A DNA stretch of 64,000 nt from a virus (Duplodnaviria > Heunggongvirae > Uroviricota > Caudoviricetes), in IMG/VR virus record IMGVR_UViG_3300021387_000074. One strand, 5' to 3'. The notes beneath the pieces are model-generated. The model made no database searches and was not told where the DNA came from. It saw only the letters and a program-made list of their open reading frames with translations. The first letter of the stretch is position 1. Every line of letters starts with the position of its first letter. Made by a program: the position numbers and the translations under genes. Positions 42,801 to 51,292 of this stretch are shown here, piece after piece.

Positions 42801-44808
42801 ATTAACAATGAACGCTTTGCTAAACAATTTATCTGATGGCGGAGTTAAAGCAAATATTAGTAATTTCTATAGATTCTATACAGACATAAATTATGATAAA
42901 ACTGTAAAAGATCCTATTAATTATCAAGAAGATTTAAAAGAAGCTGGAATAGAGTTCTATGACAAATCAGACATTAATAATAATCTTTACAGATTTGGTG
43001 AACAGTCATTATTGAATGGTGAAAATCCTATACCAGCGGCAAAACCTGCAGGTGTTTATGATTTCTTACAGATAGGAAATGGCAATAAATACGCTTGGAT
43101 GGTAGACAAAAATGGTTATGACGACTATCAAACAAAATATGGACACATTGACTCAGCCGCTTCTTTCGTTATAGCTGGAGATATAATTGCAGAAATAAAA
43201 AAATTATCTGGAAAAATTACAGAGTTGGTAGAAACTGACAAATCTCCAACACAGGTAACAATAAAAGGGCAAACAGTTGAAGAGTATGTAGATAGTGAAA
43301 TATCTATAGTTGAATCTAAACTCAGCGCTAGAAAACAAATGCTAGAAGAAGTTTTGGACAAAACGAGAGAAATAACTCTTTATGGTAAGTCTGTAGAAGA
43401 TGCTATAAATTCTGTTGGTGAAAAAGATAAAAAATTTGTAGAGCTCGCAAACAACTTTATTTCCTCAAATGAACCTACAGAAGAAAACGTAAAAAATTTA
43501 TACAATCTTTGCGGACATCTACAAAATAACAAAAACAAATTGTCTAAAATAATTACTGAAAGTCCAGAAGTAAACCCAGATGATTGTACTGCGGGAACTT
43601 ATTCTTTGTTTGGAGATAATTCAATAATGAAGCTTATAGAAGGTAAAAACTTCAGTGGTTTTATTAATGAAACAAACAGATACGATATAACTTCAACAGA
43701 AGCTATTATAGAGAGTTCTGGTTTTAAAGATAAAGAAGTAAAAAGGTTAAACACATATCTCGAAAAGTTTGATACAAGAAAATCTTTTATCAAAGCAGAA
43801 AAGAGATGTATATTTAAAAACATTCTTACTTTGATTGGTGTATTTAGCGACTCTAAAATAAAAGGTATAAAAGCTTCTAAGCAATCAATAATAAAAGAGA
43901 AAGGTATAGTTAGCGGCGGAGACGTTTTCTCAGAACTTACCAAAGAAGATTTAATCATTTGGGCAGATAGTGGAGAGGTAATAGAAAACCCACTGACATT
44001 TAGTACATTCTCAACAAAGTATTCTGTTATAAGTTTAAAGAAGATATTAGAAGCAATCGTTGAAGGATATAACACTTGTAGAAATTTATTGTTAGAGCTT
44101 GTAGACGAAAACAAAGATTTAGTTGGTGGTATCCCAACTGACGGAATTGAAGCAATAGATATCAAAGGTGAGCTTAAGAAAGCATTACTGTCTTTCAGCA
44201 ACGAAGTAACTGGACACGGCACAACAGTAAATTCAGACGGAACTCACCAAGACGCCGACGAATCTAAAGCAGCTTCTACCGCAAACGAAGATAAAAGCAT
44301 AGAACCACAGATAAAAGATCTTTTTGAAACAATAAAAGAAAAGATTGTTACTGGCTTTACAAAAATGGAAAAGTTGGTATTTATATGTGAAAATATCTTC
44401 AGTAGAAACTCGATAGAGCAAAGAATGAACGAGCTTTATAATGAAGAGAATGACAAGAAAAACGGAAACGTTAAAAAGGAAAACATAAGCGGTGGCGCAA
44501 CTAACGCAAGTGGCGCAAAATACTTTAGCTATGGTATAGATAATGAAGCCGAAAGAGGAGCAAAAAAAGACAATGGAACATCGGCATACCTACCTTGTTA
44601 TAAAACAAACAAAGGAACAAGCTTGTTAAAAGAAGTAGAGTTTAACGGTAGAGACGAAGAATTCGCAAAAGAGGGCTTAAGTAAAGATGGACACGGAACC
44701 ATTTATTGTGCTTATGTAGACCAACAGCAAAGTAGAACACTTGCAGCCAAGCTTGATACAGCTAACGGAACATTTGCTTACGAAACTTACAACAAGTTAT
44801 CTGGCTAG
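39892..44808 (+). CDS. Large tail/baseplate protein with tube-initiator-like domain
   Basis: IPFEFTPNIQES..ANYQQETLLGR..FQIFTGT..VSIELQY and PPLVEI motifs; between tape measure and gp53-like gene. Confidence 0.6.
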   Translation: MKIKPASSIIDNKTNDVLEMEAGSTDIPRYAQVNNTLKPSVINGKKVTYYKSLENSDTTFEEQAEKVSNKTAYTKVTNSISSQAGLDVKENKVYNGDETEYVNRLKNKRNFVNSGKRDDKDENLEINKTLGLKDDASITAYVDSKTQKLGEGYSSDIKSRLVGISKKPNETLIVKQTDESIEDAPEQKDSLEWNIKSQNSDFAKDETKFSLGGKELETFSTEYINTTEDVFNTSKRFKPITSKIDGGGLVNSDYYGSQDNEPSSDLWTNTKTALAKSTLGLGVSKDLINKVADPIMGFFGIEGNEEVNALSLSMTSLEHWKGERAKTFHTKDWKPKNTLNTDANAAGSMASDLRGELGRTTGGLGGIAAKSGNSWLTAGGQLVDMTVGAGLTNTITDITGSFAKGVGDGEWQPEADELANLNTVTKDTIYTSKPGIRFKAKNGMVQNVTSNQDSVAIFGKSGYTKNGDSLRNTYGTSLDLLRGNQLNATRTSKIRRMILNEDNEFKKKRMVYNLKEEINSGGSLYNYQEDSNGFFYWEKSDDLYTNFNLSSEEAQLITLIKNRNTYNKTLGYIYIRPYYNYVDDKTKQDPGNGLGLFDIPFEFTPNIQESATQANYQQETLLGRLGQFQIFTGTNLPTVSIELQYMALAPDSLDEHERQGMNKEWGTDAWQYYWTNNRIEAIEMKLRSLVFADYVSGDYLIKPPLVEIHLENARGQNAETVGDLYKYPIGSNDPSTVGERYLQYSTSIHGSARNRYKKYIVTSVQIDKISDSDIIYPSLYGRVYDSSVSSSNPMWHVKNAVNGEESVEESGIYGYSGYARKKGFKATLSLTEVTENFLDLVPDFKAYYDAWTLKDSAADIVSQYAEATIGNNSMTQSVQSALQDALSIAKNTLISSEERLDAMFEEYEKLAKLYAKSFTTKTKGGNAYWKIGMFNDRDGGDVEKNKFNFISTGNPDVNINNKNKSEEEVELTMNALLNNLSDGGVKANISNFYRFYTDINYDKTVKDPINYQEDLKEAGIEFYDKSDINNNLYRFGEQSLLNGENPIPAAKPAGVYDFLQIGNGNKYAWMVDKNGYDDYQTKYGHIDSAASFVIAGDIIAEIKKLSGKITELVETDKSPTQVTIKGQTVEEYVDSEISIVESKLSARKQMLEEVLDKTREITLYGKSVEDAINSVGEKDKKFVELANNFISSNEPTEENVKNLYNLCGHLQNNKNKLSKIITESPEVNPDDCTAGTYSLFGDNSIMKLIEGKNFSGFINETNRYDITSTEAIIESSGFKDKEVKRLNTYLEKFDTRKSFIKAEKRCIFKNILTLIGVFSDSKIKGIKASKQSIIKEKGIVSGGDVFSELTKEDLIIWADSGEVIENPLTFSTFSTKYSVISLKKILEAIVEGYNTCRNLLLELVDENKDLVGGIPTDGIEAIDIKGELKKALLSFSNEVTGHGTTVNSDGTHQDADESKAASTANEDKSIEPQIKDLFETIKEKIVTGFTKMEKLVFICENIFSRNSIEQRMNELYNEENDKKNGNVKKENISGGATNASGAKYFSYGIDNEAERGAKKDNGTSAYLPCYKTNKGTSLLKEVEFNGRDEEFAKEGLSKDGHGTIYCAYVDQQQSRTLAAKLDTANGTFAYETYNKLSG

Positions 44809-44816
44809 GAGGAAAG

Positions 44817-45110
44817 ATGTTAAAGAATACATTTGTAGATAATATTTACTGCAATGAGCTTGATACAGATATTAAAGGTTTTCTAAGGGCAGACCAGCTA
44901 AAAATACTGAGAGAACATAGCACAGTTGGGTATGTTCTTCAAGGTATGGAATTCAGACCAGATAAAGTAGCAGCTTACTACTTGGGTGATGAAAGACTTG
45001 GCTGGGCTATATCTGCAGCCAGTGGATTTATCAACGGAATTAAAGATTACAGAGAAGGAAGAAAGATATCAATACCAACTAATGAAGCGTTTATATTATT
45101 AGGAGAATAA
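44817..45110 (+). CDS. Baseplate wedge LysM-like/gp53-like protein
   Basis: RPDKVAAYYLGDERLGWAI...G.KISIP. Confidence 0.75.
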   Translation: MLKNTFVDNIYCNELDTDIKGFLRADQLKILREHSTVGYVLQGMEFRPDKVAAYYLGDERLGWAISAASGFINGIKDYREGRKISIPTNEAFILLGE

Positions 45111-45112
45111 AG

Positions 45113-46327
45113 ATGGAAAGAAGCGGAGCAGTTTTTGAATGTGTTGTTGTAGACAACACTTGCTTTTGGAAAACTGGAAGAATAAAAATAAGAATTTGTA
45201 AGTCAACTTCCGTGTCAGAAGGCGCGGAAGATTTCTCTATAAACCCACAATACTCAAGAAACTATAACAAAGAGAATTTTGGTGGGAATGAAGACGAGAA
45301 CTTAGAAGGTGACGGAGTTATTGACCACGACGACTATGCAGAGTTGTCTACTTGTATGGGCGGCGCTTATGACGCGGGAATGTTTTACTTACCTCAGCCA
45401 AACACTCACGGATTAGTAACAAATATTTACTGCGCAGGAATGAACAAACCAAGATATGTATGGTTAGGCGCCTTAATGACAACAAACCCAGCATACAATG
45501 TTGTATTAAATCCAGTAGATGAAGCGGATTACATATCAGATATAAATATGCCTTCTGACAACCTAGATACGCATAACGGTTTAAATTCTTCTCAATTAAA
45601 TCTAGAGAAGCCAGAAAATAGAAATCATGCAATAATCTTTAAGCAGAAAGAAACTTATTGGTCTAAAGACGACAAAGGAATGGCTTCGGATAGAATACAA
45701 AATAATGACGATTCCAAGGAAAGTCTTAACTGGGGAAAAGTTCCAACCCTTAATATGGCTGTTATAGATAAGAGCAGAACATTTATAACCCACAATATGT
45801 ACGACAAGGACAACAACTATTTAGGTGTTGCAAAAATAGACATAGATAACGAAAATGGAGTATCTATAAACTTCAATAAGACACAAGACGATGAATACTT
45901 TGAAGCAAGTATGGAAATTCTTACAAACGGTACGGCTAAACTTACAAGTAATTATAATAATAAAATAATGAATAAGTTTGAAGCCACACCTGAAGACTTA
46001 ACAATTCTCCATAAGGAAGACGACGCAGAAGGTAGCATAGTTCTCACAAAAGGATTAAACCCAGATGACGGACATATATTAACATTGTCATTAAAGAATG
46101 CGGGCGATAAAACAGAAACTATAGAATTAAAGAAAGGAATGATAAATATTATTTCTTCTAAGGATATAACATTAAACCCAGGCCCTGGTAGTGGTAATAT
46201 TATAATTGGTGGTGGTTCTGGAACTAACTATTTATTGGCTTATCCAAGTAATGGTATTGGTGGTTCTGGAGCTATCTCGAACTTCGAAGCGGGTTCGGTA
46301 GTAGCTTGTACAAAGATTAGGGTATAA
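45113..46327 (+). CDS. Baseplate central spike (gp5/VgrG-like OB fold plus beta-rich C-terminus)
   Basis: VVDN...GRIKIRI, GMFYLPQ, YVWLG; beta-strand repeats at the C-terminus. Confidence 0.7.
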   Translation: MERSGAVFECVVVDNTCFWKTGRIKIRICKSTSVSEGAEDFSINPQYSRNYNKENFGGNEDENLEGDGVIDHDDYAELSTCMGGAYDAGMFYLPQPNTHGLVTNIYCAGMNKPRYVWLGALMTTNPAYNVVLNPVDEADYISDINMPSDNLDTHNGLNSSQLNLEKPENRNHAIIFKQKETYWSKDDKGMASDRIQNNDDSKESLNWGKVPTLNMAVIDKSRTFITHNMYDKDNNYLGVAKIDIDNENGVSINFNKTQDDEYFEASMEILTNGTAKLTSNYNNKIMNKFEATPEDLTILHKEDDAEGSIVLTKGLNPDDGHILTLSLKNAGDKTETIELKKGMINIISSKDITLNPGPGSGNIIIGGGSGTNYLLAYPSNGIGGSGAISNFEAGSVVACTKIRV

Positions 46328-46331
46328 AATT

Positions 46332-46358
46332 AAAGCCGTGGAAAACCACGGCTTTTTT
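46332..46358. terminator. Bidirectional terminator
   Basis: AAAGCCGTGG-aaaa-CCACGGCTTT between convergent genes. Confidence 0.8.
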
Positions 46359-46359
46359 A

Positions 46360-46998
46360 TTAGAACGACTCTTCAATAATTGATTTTAGCGTTCTTGATT
46401 TTGAGTTAACGTCTTCACTCAACATTTCCGATTCGTATACTGTATCTGAGACTGCTGCTTGGCAAGATGGTGAACCTACAACGTCAATAGAAATAATTTT
46501 AAGTCCTGGACAAACTTCAACAATAGGTCTACCTTTAGATCTTGCTCTAACATCTTCTGTAAGAAGTGGACCATTGTAAGGTTTTACTTTACCAGAACAT
46601 CTAGTAGAGAAGCAAATTTTGAAACCAGATTTTGCAAGTCCTTCAACTGTCTTACCAGCTTCTGTAAGAGTAGGAATTGCTTTTCCTTCAAGTCTTCCAG
46701 CTTCTTCATTCCAGTTAAGTTCTGGGAATGTAACAGCAATTCTTTCAAGGTGAACCTTTGGATCGCTAGCATGTTCAAGCTCTCCAAATACTGGCTGTCC
46801 AGAAGTTTTAGCAGCTTCAATAGCAGCAAGACAAGCCTCTCTAAGAACTTGCTTTGGATAAACTCTAAGGTTTCTATTTATTTTGTCTGCTTCAGAAAGG
46901 ACTCCTCTAAAGCAAATTTGCTTTTTACCATCTCTTATTTCTTCTTCGGCTAATATACTAAACTCATCGGTAAACTCTTCATTAATTAAGTCTTCCAT
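46360..46998 (-). CDS. Prohead core protease (T4 gp21-like)
   Basis: ADKINRNLRVYP, FGELEH, TEAGK, FSTRCSG, DVVGSPS; AAGTTAAT at 47013-47020. Confidence 0.9.
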   Translation of the reverse strand: MEDLINEEFTDEFSILAEEEIRDGKKQICFRGVLSEADKINRNLRVYPKQVLREACLAAIEAAKTSGQPVFGELEHASDPKVHLERIAVTFPELNWNEEAGRLEGKAIPTLTEAGKTVEGLAKSGFKICFSTRCSGKVKPYNGPLLTEDVRARSKGRPIVEVCPGLKIISIDVVGSPSCQAAVSDTVYESEMLSEDVNSKSRTLKSIIEESF

Positions 46999-47111
46999 TT
47001 TATACCTCTTTAATTAACTTAGTGCACAACTTCCAAAAATTGACTATGTTTTTTAAAAGGACCTTCTTCGATTAAAAAGTCATAAGTTAATATGTAAATG
47101 GAGAATATATA

Positions 47112-47603
47112 ATGGCAACATTACAAGACATTTTCAATACAGTTAGATATGGAGAAGAATACTGCAAATTCCAGCAGGTTAAAAAAGCAATAGAAGAGAA
47201 CTACGATGAAGATACTAAAATTTTTAGTGCTTCTGGAAGAATCAAAAACTTGTGTGGTTGTATGACTTTGAATGAAGAATATGAAAGAATCGTTAATCAT
47301 ATCTGCAACAAATGTGAGTCAGTAGAAAAACGTCTTTATAACGAAGACGTTATGAGCCCACAGTATAAAAAGATTCAGGCTGTATCTATTCTTGAAGACT
47401 GTAACAAAATCACAGCAAAAGCAAACAAGAGAGGAACTTACGAAACACTTCCTTCTAAGAAAGAGTTTGCTAAAATTGTAGCAACTGCAAAATACTTTGT
47501 AGAAAACTACCTTGACGATAGCGCAGTTCTTAAAGAAAGCAGCAATGCAGAATTCAACAGATTTATCAAAGAGGAAAGCAACTACATTTCACAGGTACTA
47601 TAA
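47112..47603 (+). CDS. Candidate prohead core protein
   Basis: Late motif at 47084; repeated (L/I)xE sites (LNEE, ILED, LKES, IKEES); divergent from the protease gene. Confidence 0.55.
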   Translation: MATLQDIFNTVRYGEEYCKFQQVKKAIEENYDEDTKIFSASGRIKNLCGCMTLNEEYERIVNHICNKCESVEKRLYNEDVMSPQYKKIQAVSILEDCNKITAKANKRGTYETLPSKKEFAKIVATAKYFVENYLDDSAVLKESSNAEFNRFIKEESNYISQVL

Positions 47604-48328
47604 TGGATAAGGTAATCCTAGAAAGCAAGGAAACTGAAAAATTTATAATTGATAATGCATATAAGCACTTCTCTAAAGAAAAGAAAAACCCTCTTACTAT
47701 TAAAGAAAACACAGAAGTAATAGAAGAGGGTATTAAGTATTTTAAAACTTCACCACGTCTATACAAACTAGCATTAAAACTCGAAAAGAAATCACAAAAA
47801 TTTAATGAAGAAACTAAAGAGTTTAAAACAATGAATGAATTAGTTATGAAGATTAATGCCCTTGCTAACAATCTTGAACTCCTAGAGGATAAATACTATT
47901 TAGGAGATAAAAAGCAGAAACTAATGGTGAAAGCAGAATATCAGGCTACATTAAAGCAGTACAGTTCAATAATCAAAATGATGAAAAAGAGCGAAGTTGT
48001 AGACGTCCTTAAAGTAACTGGCAGCTTGGCTTGCACAGTAGCTTCAATGGCTTTACCTTATATAGCAATGAGCAAGTTCTTACCTAACCTAATGAGTGTA
48101 AACGCTATAGGAGAGGAAGCAGATACTATGAAAAAGGCTTGGCTTTACTGTAAGAGAGCAGGAGCTTTTACCTTATTTGGTTTACCTATTAAAATTACGA
48201 GAGCAGGTATAAATGCCTTAACAGGCGACGCCGAAACAAAGATACTAGCAAGAACGGATAGTCTACTAAAGACTTCTAATATAGACACAAAAGGATATGA
48301 CGAAGACGAGCTTCATCAATTAAGTTAA
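47603..48328 (+). CDS. Hypothetical virion-associated protein
   Basis: Coupled to upstream gene; N-terminal ILES/IEEG; two hydrophobic segments. Confidence 0.6.
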   Translation: MDKVILESKETEKFIIDNAYKHFSKEKKNPLTIKENTEVIEEGIKYFKTSPRLYKLALKLEKKSQKFNEETKEFKTMNELVMKINALANNLELLEDKYYLGDKKQKLMVKAEYQATLKQYSSIIKMMKKSEVVDVLKVTGSLACTVASMALPYIAMSKFLPNLMSVNAIGEEADTMKKAWLYCKRAGAFTLFGLPIKITRAGINALTGDAETKILARTDSLLKTSNIDTKGYDEDELHQLS

Positions 48329-48349
48329 AATATGAAAGGAGAAAGAAAG

Positions 48350-49225
48350 ATGACAGAACAAGAAGAATTCGAAAAAGAAGCAAAGAAAATGCCAAAGATC
48401 GACATGACTAAAATAGCAAACGTTGAGGCTTTGGATTCAGGTACAAGAAAAGCAATCACAGCAGCAGCAGAATCTTCTAGAAGAAAAAATAAGAAAAAGT
48501 TCAACTTCCAGGAAGCAATGGCATTCCCACTACCATCTGGTGGAAAGTTCTACCAGGATGCAGAAGACGAGGATTTGAGAAACGGTATTATTAAACTATA
48601 TCCATTCTCTATTGCAGACGAGGAAATCATTACAAACAAAACATATTTAAAGAATGGCACAATGTTTAGAGTATTGTTTGATACTTGTATGGCTTCAAAC
48701 TATGATGCAAAAAAGCTCTTGCAGTTTGACGCTCTTTATATTATGTACGTTCTTAGACAAATCTCTTACGGCGACGACTATAACTTTAGTGTTAAGTGCG
48801 AGCAGTGTGAAGAGGAGTTCGACTGGTCTATGAATATTTCAGATATTGAATGGGCAGAGCTTCCAGAAGACACAGTAGACGAAAGAGAGATTGAACTTCC
48901 AGTAAGCCACTATACAGTTACTATGTCCCTTATGAGATTAGGGCTGGAAGAGCAGCAGGAAGTTATCAAGAAGAAATACCAGTGTTCTGAAAAAGTAGCA
49001 ATTCTTATCTCTAACACTACTTCTATCAAGGACGAGAATGGAGAGGAACTTAATCCAGCAGACTGGGCTGACTTCTATGCAGAACTTCCTACAAAGGATA
49101 GAAACGTAATCAATAAGTCTTTTGAAGGAACTAAACAGGAGCCAAAGATTACTATTAATTGTCCTAACTGCGGTTCTGAAATCACATTCAACGTTCCTAT
49201 CTCTGAAGACTTTTTTCGTATATAA
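48350..49225 (+). CDS. Baseplate hub assembly / tail assembly chaperone (T4 gp26-like)
   Basis: LPSGGKFY, DEEII, LRQISYG, CEQC, ELPVS, CPNCG, terminal DFFR; AAAGGAGA RBS. Confidence 0.8.
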   Translation: MTEQEEFEKEAKKMPKIDMTKIANVEALDSGTRKAITAAAESSRRKNKKKFNFQEAMAFPLPSGGKFYQDAEDEDLRNGIIKLYPFSIADEEIITNKTYLKNGTMFRVLFDTCMASNYDAKKLLQFDALYIMYVLRQISYGDDYNFSVKCEQCEEEFDWSMNISDIEWAELPEDTVDEREIELPVSHYTVTMSLMRLGLEEQQEVIKKKYQCSEKVAILISNTTSIKDENGEELNPADWADFYAELPTKDRNVINKSFEGTKQEPKITINCPNCGSEITFNVPISEDFFRI

Positions 49226-49454
49226 AAATCCCCCACTAGAAGTCATAAGACACAATACTATGTCATTAGTACATTATGGCTTCTCTAGAGAGGAAGTAAT
49301 GTGGATGCCAGTAACGGAAGCGCAAGACTACATACTTCTTATTAACCAGCAGATAGAACGGGAGAATGGAGAGATAGAGTCCCCAGAACACCAGCAAACA
49401 GATACACCAACTGTTAATGATGTATTCAAGGGAAGCTTTAAACCACATATTTAA
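49212..49454 (+). CDS. Chaperone C-terminal extension, probably reached by +1 frameshift
   Basis: LVHYGFSREEVMWMPVTEAQDYILLINQQIEREN typical of the ORF following gp26; no SD; overlaps TTT TTT CGT. Confidence 0.65.
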   Translation, partial: FFVYKNPPLEVIRHNTMSLVHYGFSREEVMWMPVTEAQDYILLINQQIERENGEIESPEHQQTDTPTVNDVFKGSFKPHI

Positions 49455-49460
49455 AACAGC

Positions 49461-49488
49461 AGCGGGTTCGGAATGGACCCGCTTTTTT
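49461..49488 (+). terminator. Intrinsic terminator
   Basis: AGCGGGTTC-ggaat-GGACCCGCT plus T-tract, followed by AAGTTAAT at 49493. Confidence 0.8.
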
Positions 49489-49504
49489 ATTAAAGTTAAT
49501 AAGT

Positions 49505-51292
49505 ATGAGATGGGCTTTAAAAACAGAAACAAAAGATATAACAAGTGCAGAAGATTCTAGTCTTCAGTCTACACAAGTAAGACGTAAAACAATAACCACT
49601 AAAACTCAGTATATCACAGTAGGAGATATCGTAGGAGCAGCTTCTTCTATGGCAGGAGCTGTAAAGAACGTTGTAAGAAAAATACCGAGCTATATAAATA
49701 TATTTAAGAATAACGGCGATTTAGCATCAGCAAATCTTGCCCAAGTAGCACTTAATATAGCAACGCCTTTAGCAGGCATTATCCAAGGCGCAGAGATTTA
49801 CAAAAAATTAATGAATGTTGTAAATGTATTAACTCCTATTATGAAACTTATAGCAAGAGGAACAGGAGTTTGGTGTTCGCCAGGAAATGCAGCAGATATA
49901 GCAAACATTATCCTTGGTACAGTACAGCAAATCTTAGTAGCAGTAGTTACTCAAATCATTATAGCGCTTAAAGACTGGGTATGGAATTTCGAGTTTAAGC
50001 TTAGAGATATAACAACAGAGAGTTCTATAGTTATCACTAAGAACCTTAAAGGAACAGCAACTAGAATAAACAAGAAAGTATATACTTCATTAAATTACTC
50101 TACGCTTAATCAAGGACTGGACGTACAATCCCTAGCAGGAGGTTCTGGAACAGGAGGTTTTACTTCTTCACAGACACAGTTAAGCCAATTAATAGACCAA
50201 CTAAATGAGCAAGCAAAGGTATCTGCTTCACTTGCGGGGCAAGCAGAACAAATCAAGAAATTAATGGCTGCAGGACTTCATCCAGCATTTGGCGACTCTT
50301 GGATTACAGAATACCAGTTAGATAATGAACATCTTAGAGAGTTTAAAGGAAGCACTAATAACAATGGTATACAGTATTCCACTATTGAGAACGGCAAGGT
50401 AGTCTGGAAGCAAAGCGATAAAACAGATGGCTCATTCTGCTGCTTTGGTAAGATAGGAACAGGAGCTAATGTTATATATCTAGCAGGTTCAGCCCCTTGG
50501 ATTTACAAGACTGATTTAAAACTTAACGAAGATGAGGAATGGCATAAAGACTCTCATGCTATGTATGATAAGGATTATTATATATACGACAGCGTAAAAG
50601 ATGCAGAGAGAAAAAATGCTAACTTTCATAAGGCTAGCAAATACCTTAAGGATAGTATAGATATACAAACTCAAACAACCAAGAAAGCAGTTCGCTGTTA
50701 TACAGTAGATAACCCAACAGAAAACCCTATAGGAATTTGGTATAGTATAGATAATGGAGAGCACTGGATGCAGTCTAATATAACAAGTGCTTATATTGGC
50801 TCATTCTTTGAGTATACCGAGAAACCAGGTTATCCAACTACCGCAGTAGCAGCAGATTATAACTACGGCGGATTACTGTATAGTACTGACGGCAATAACT
50901 GGACACCATCTAAGACAGCAGGAAATGACTTAAACTATGGGCGCTTTATAGACCTTAAGGATTTAAAGAGTGAGAAATTTAGAACTAATTCAGTAGATAT
51001 AACAGCAACCGCTACTATAACAGCAAAGGTATATGTTCTCTCTCACGCTAAGGCAGCAGGAGGAGTAGAGGTATCAATTAACCCAGTAGATATTACTACT
51101 AATAATAGCGAAGTACTTGATAGGATTAGAGAGATACTTGATTACATACACCATAATTATAATAACTACAATAATGACCCTTACTACCTAAGAAAGTTTG
51201 ACGATGCTTTCTGGAGCCAACTTATTTCAGATATAAAGGCAAACACTTATAAAATGGAAAACGCCATTAGAGGAGATAGAATAATTGAATAA
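49505..51292 (+). CDS. Structural protein with Asp-box/BNR repeats
   Basis: YSIDNGEHW, YSTDGNNW; baseplate module. Confidence 0.65.
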   Translation: MRWALKTETKDITSAEDSSLQSTQVRRKTITTKTQYITVGDIVGAASSMAGAVKNVVRKIPSYINIFKNNGDLASANLAQVALNIATPLAGIIQGAEIYKKLMNVVNVLTPIMKLIARGTGVWCSPGNAADIANIILGTVQQILVAVVTQIIIALKDWVWNFEFKLRDITTESSIVITKNLKGTATRINKKVYTSLNYSTLNQGLDVQSLAGGSGTGGFTSSQTQLSQLIDQLNEQAKVSASLAGQAEQIKKLMAAGLHPAFGDSWITEYQLDNEHLREFKGSTNNNGIQYSTIENGKVVWKQSDKTDGSFCCFGKIGTGANVIYLAGSAPWIYKTDLKLNEDEEWHKDSHAMYDKDYYIYDSVKDAERKNANFHKASKYLKDSIDIQTQTTKKAVRCYTVDNPTENPIGIWYSIDNGEHWMQSNITSAYIGSFFEYTEKPGYPTTAVAADYNYGGLLYSTDGNNWTPSKTAGNDLNYGRFIDLKDLKSEKFRTNSVDITATATITAKVYVLSHAKAAGGVEVSINPVDITTNNSEVLDRIREILDYIHHNYNNYNNDPYYLRKFDDAFWSQLISDIKANTYKMENAIRGDRIIE

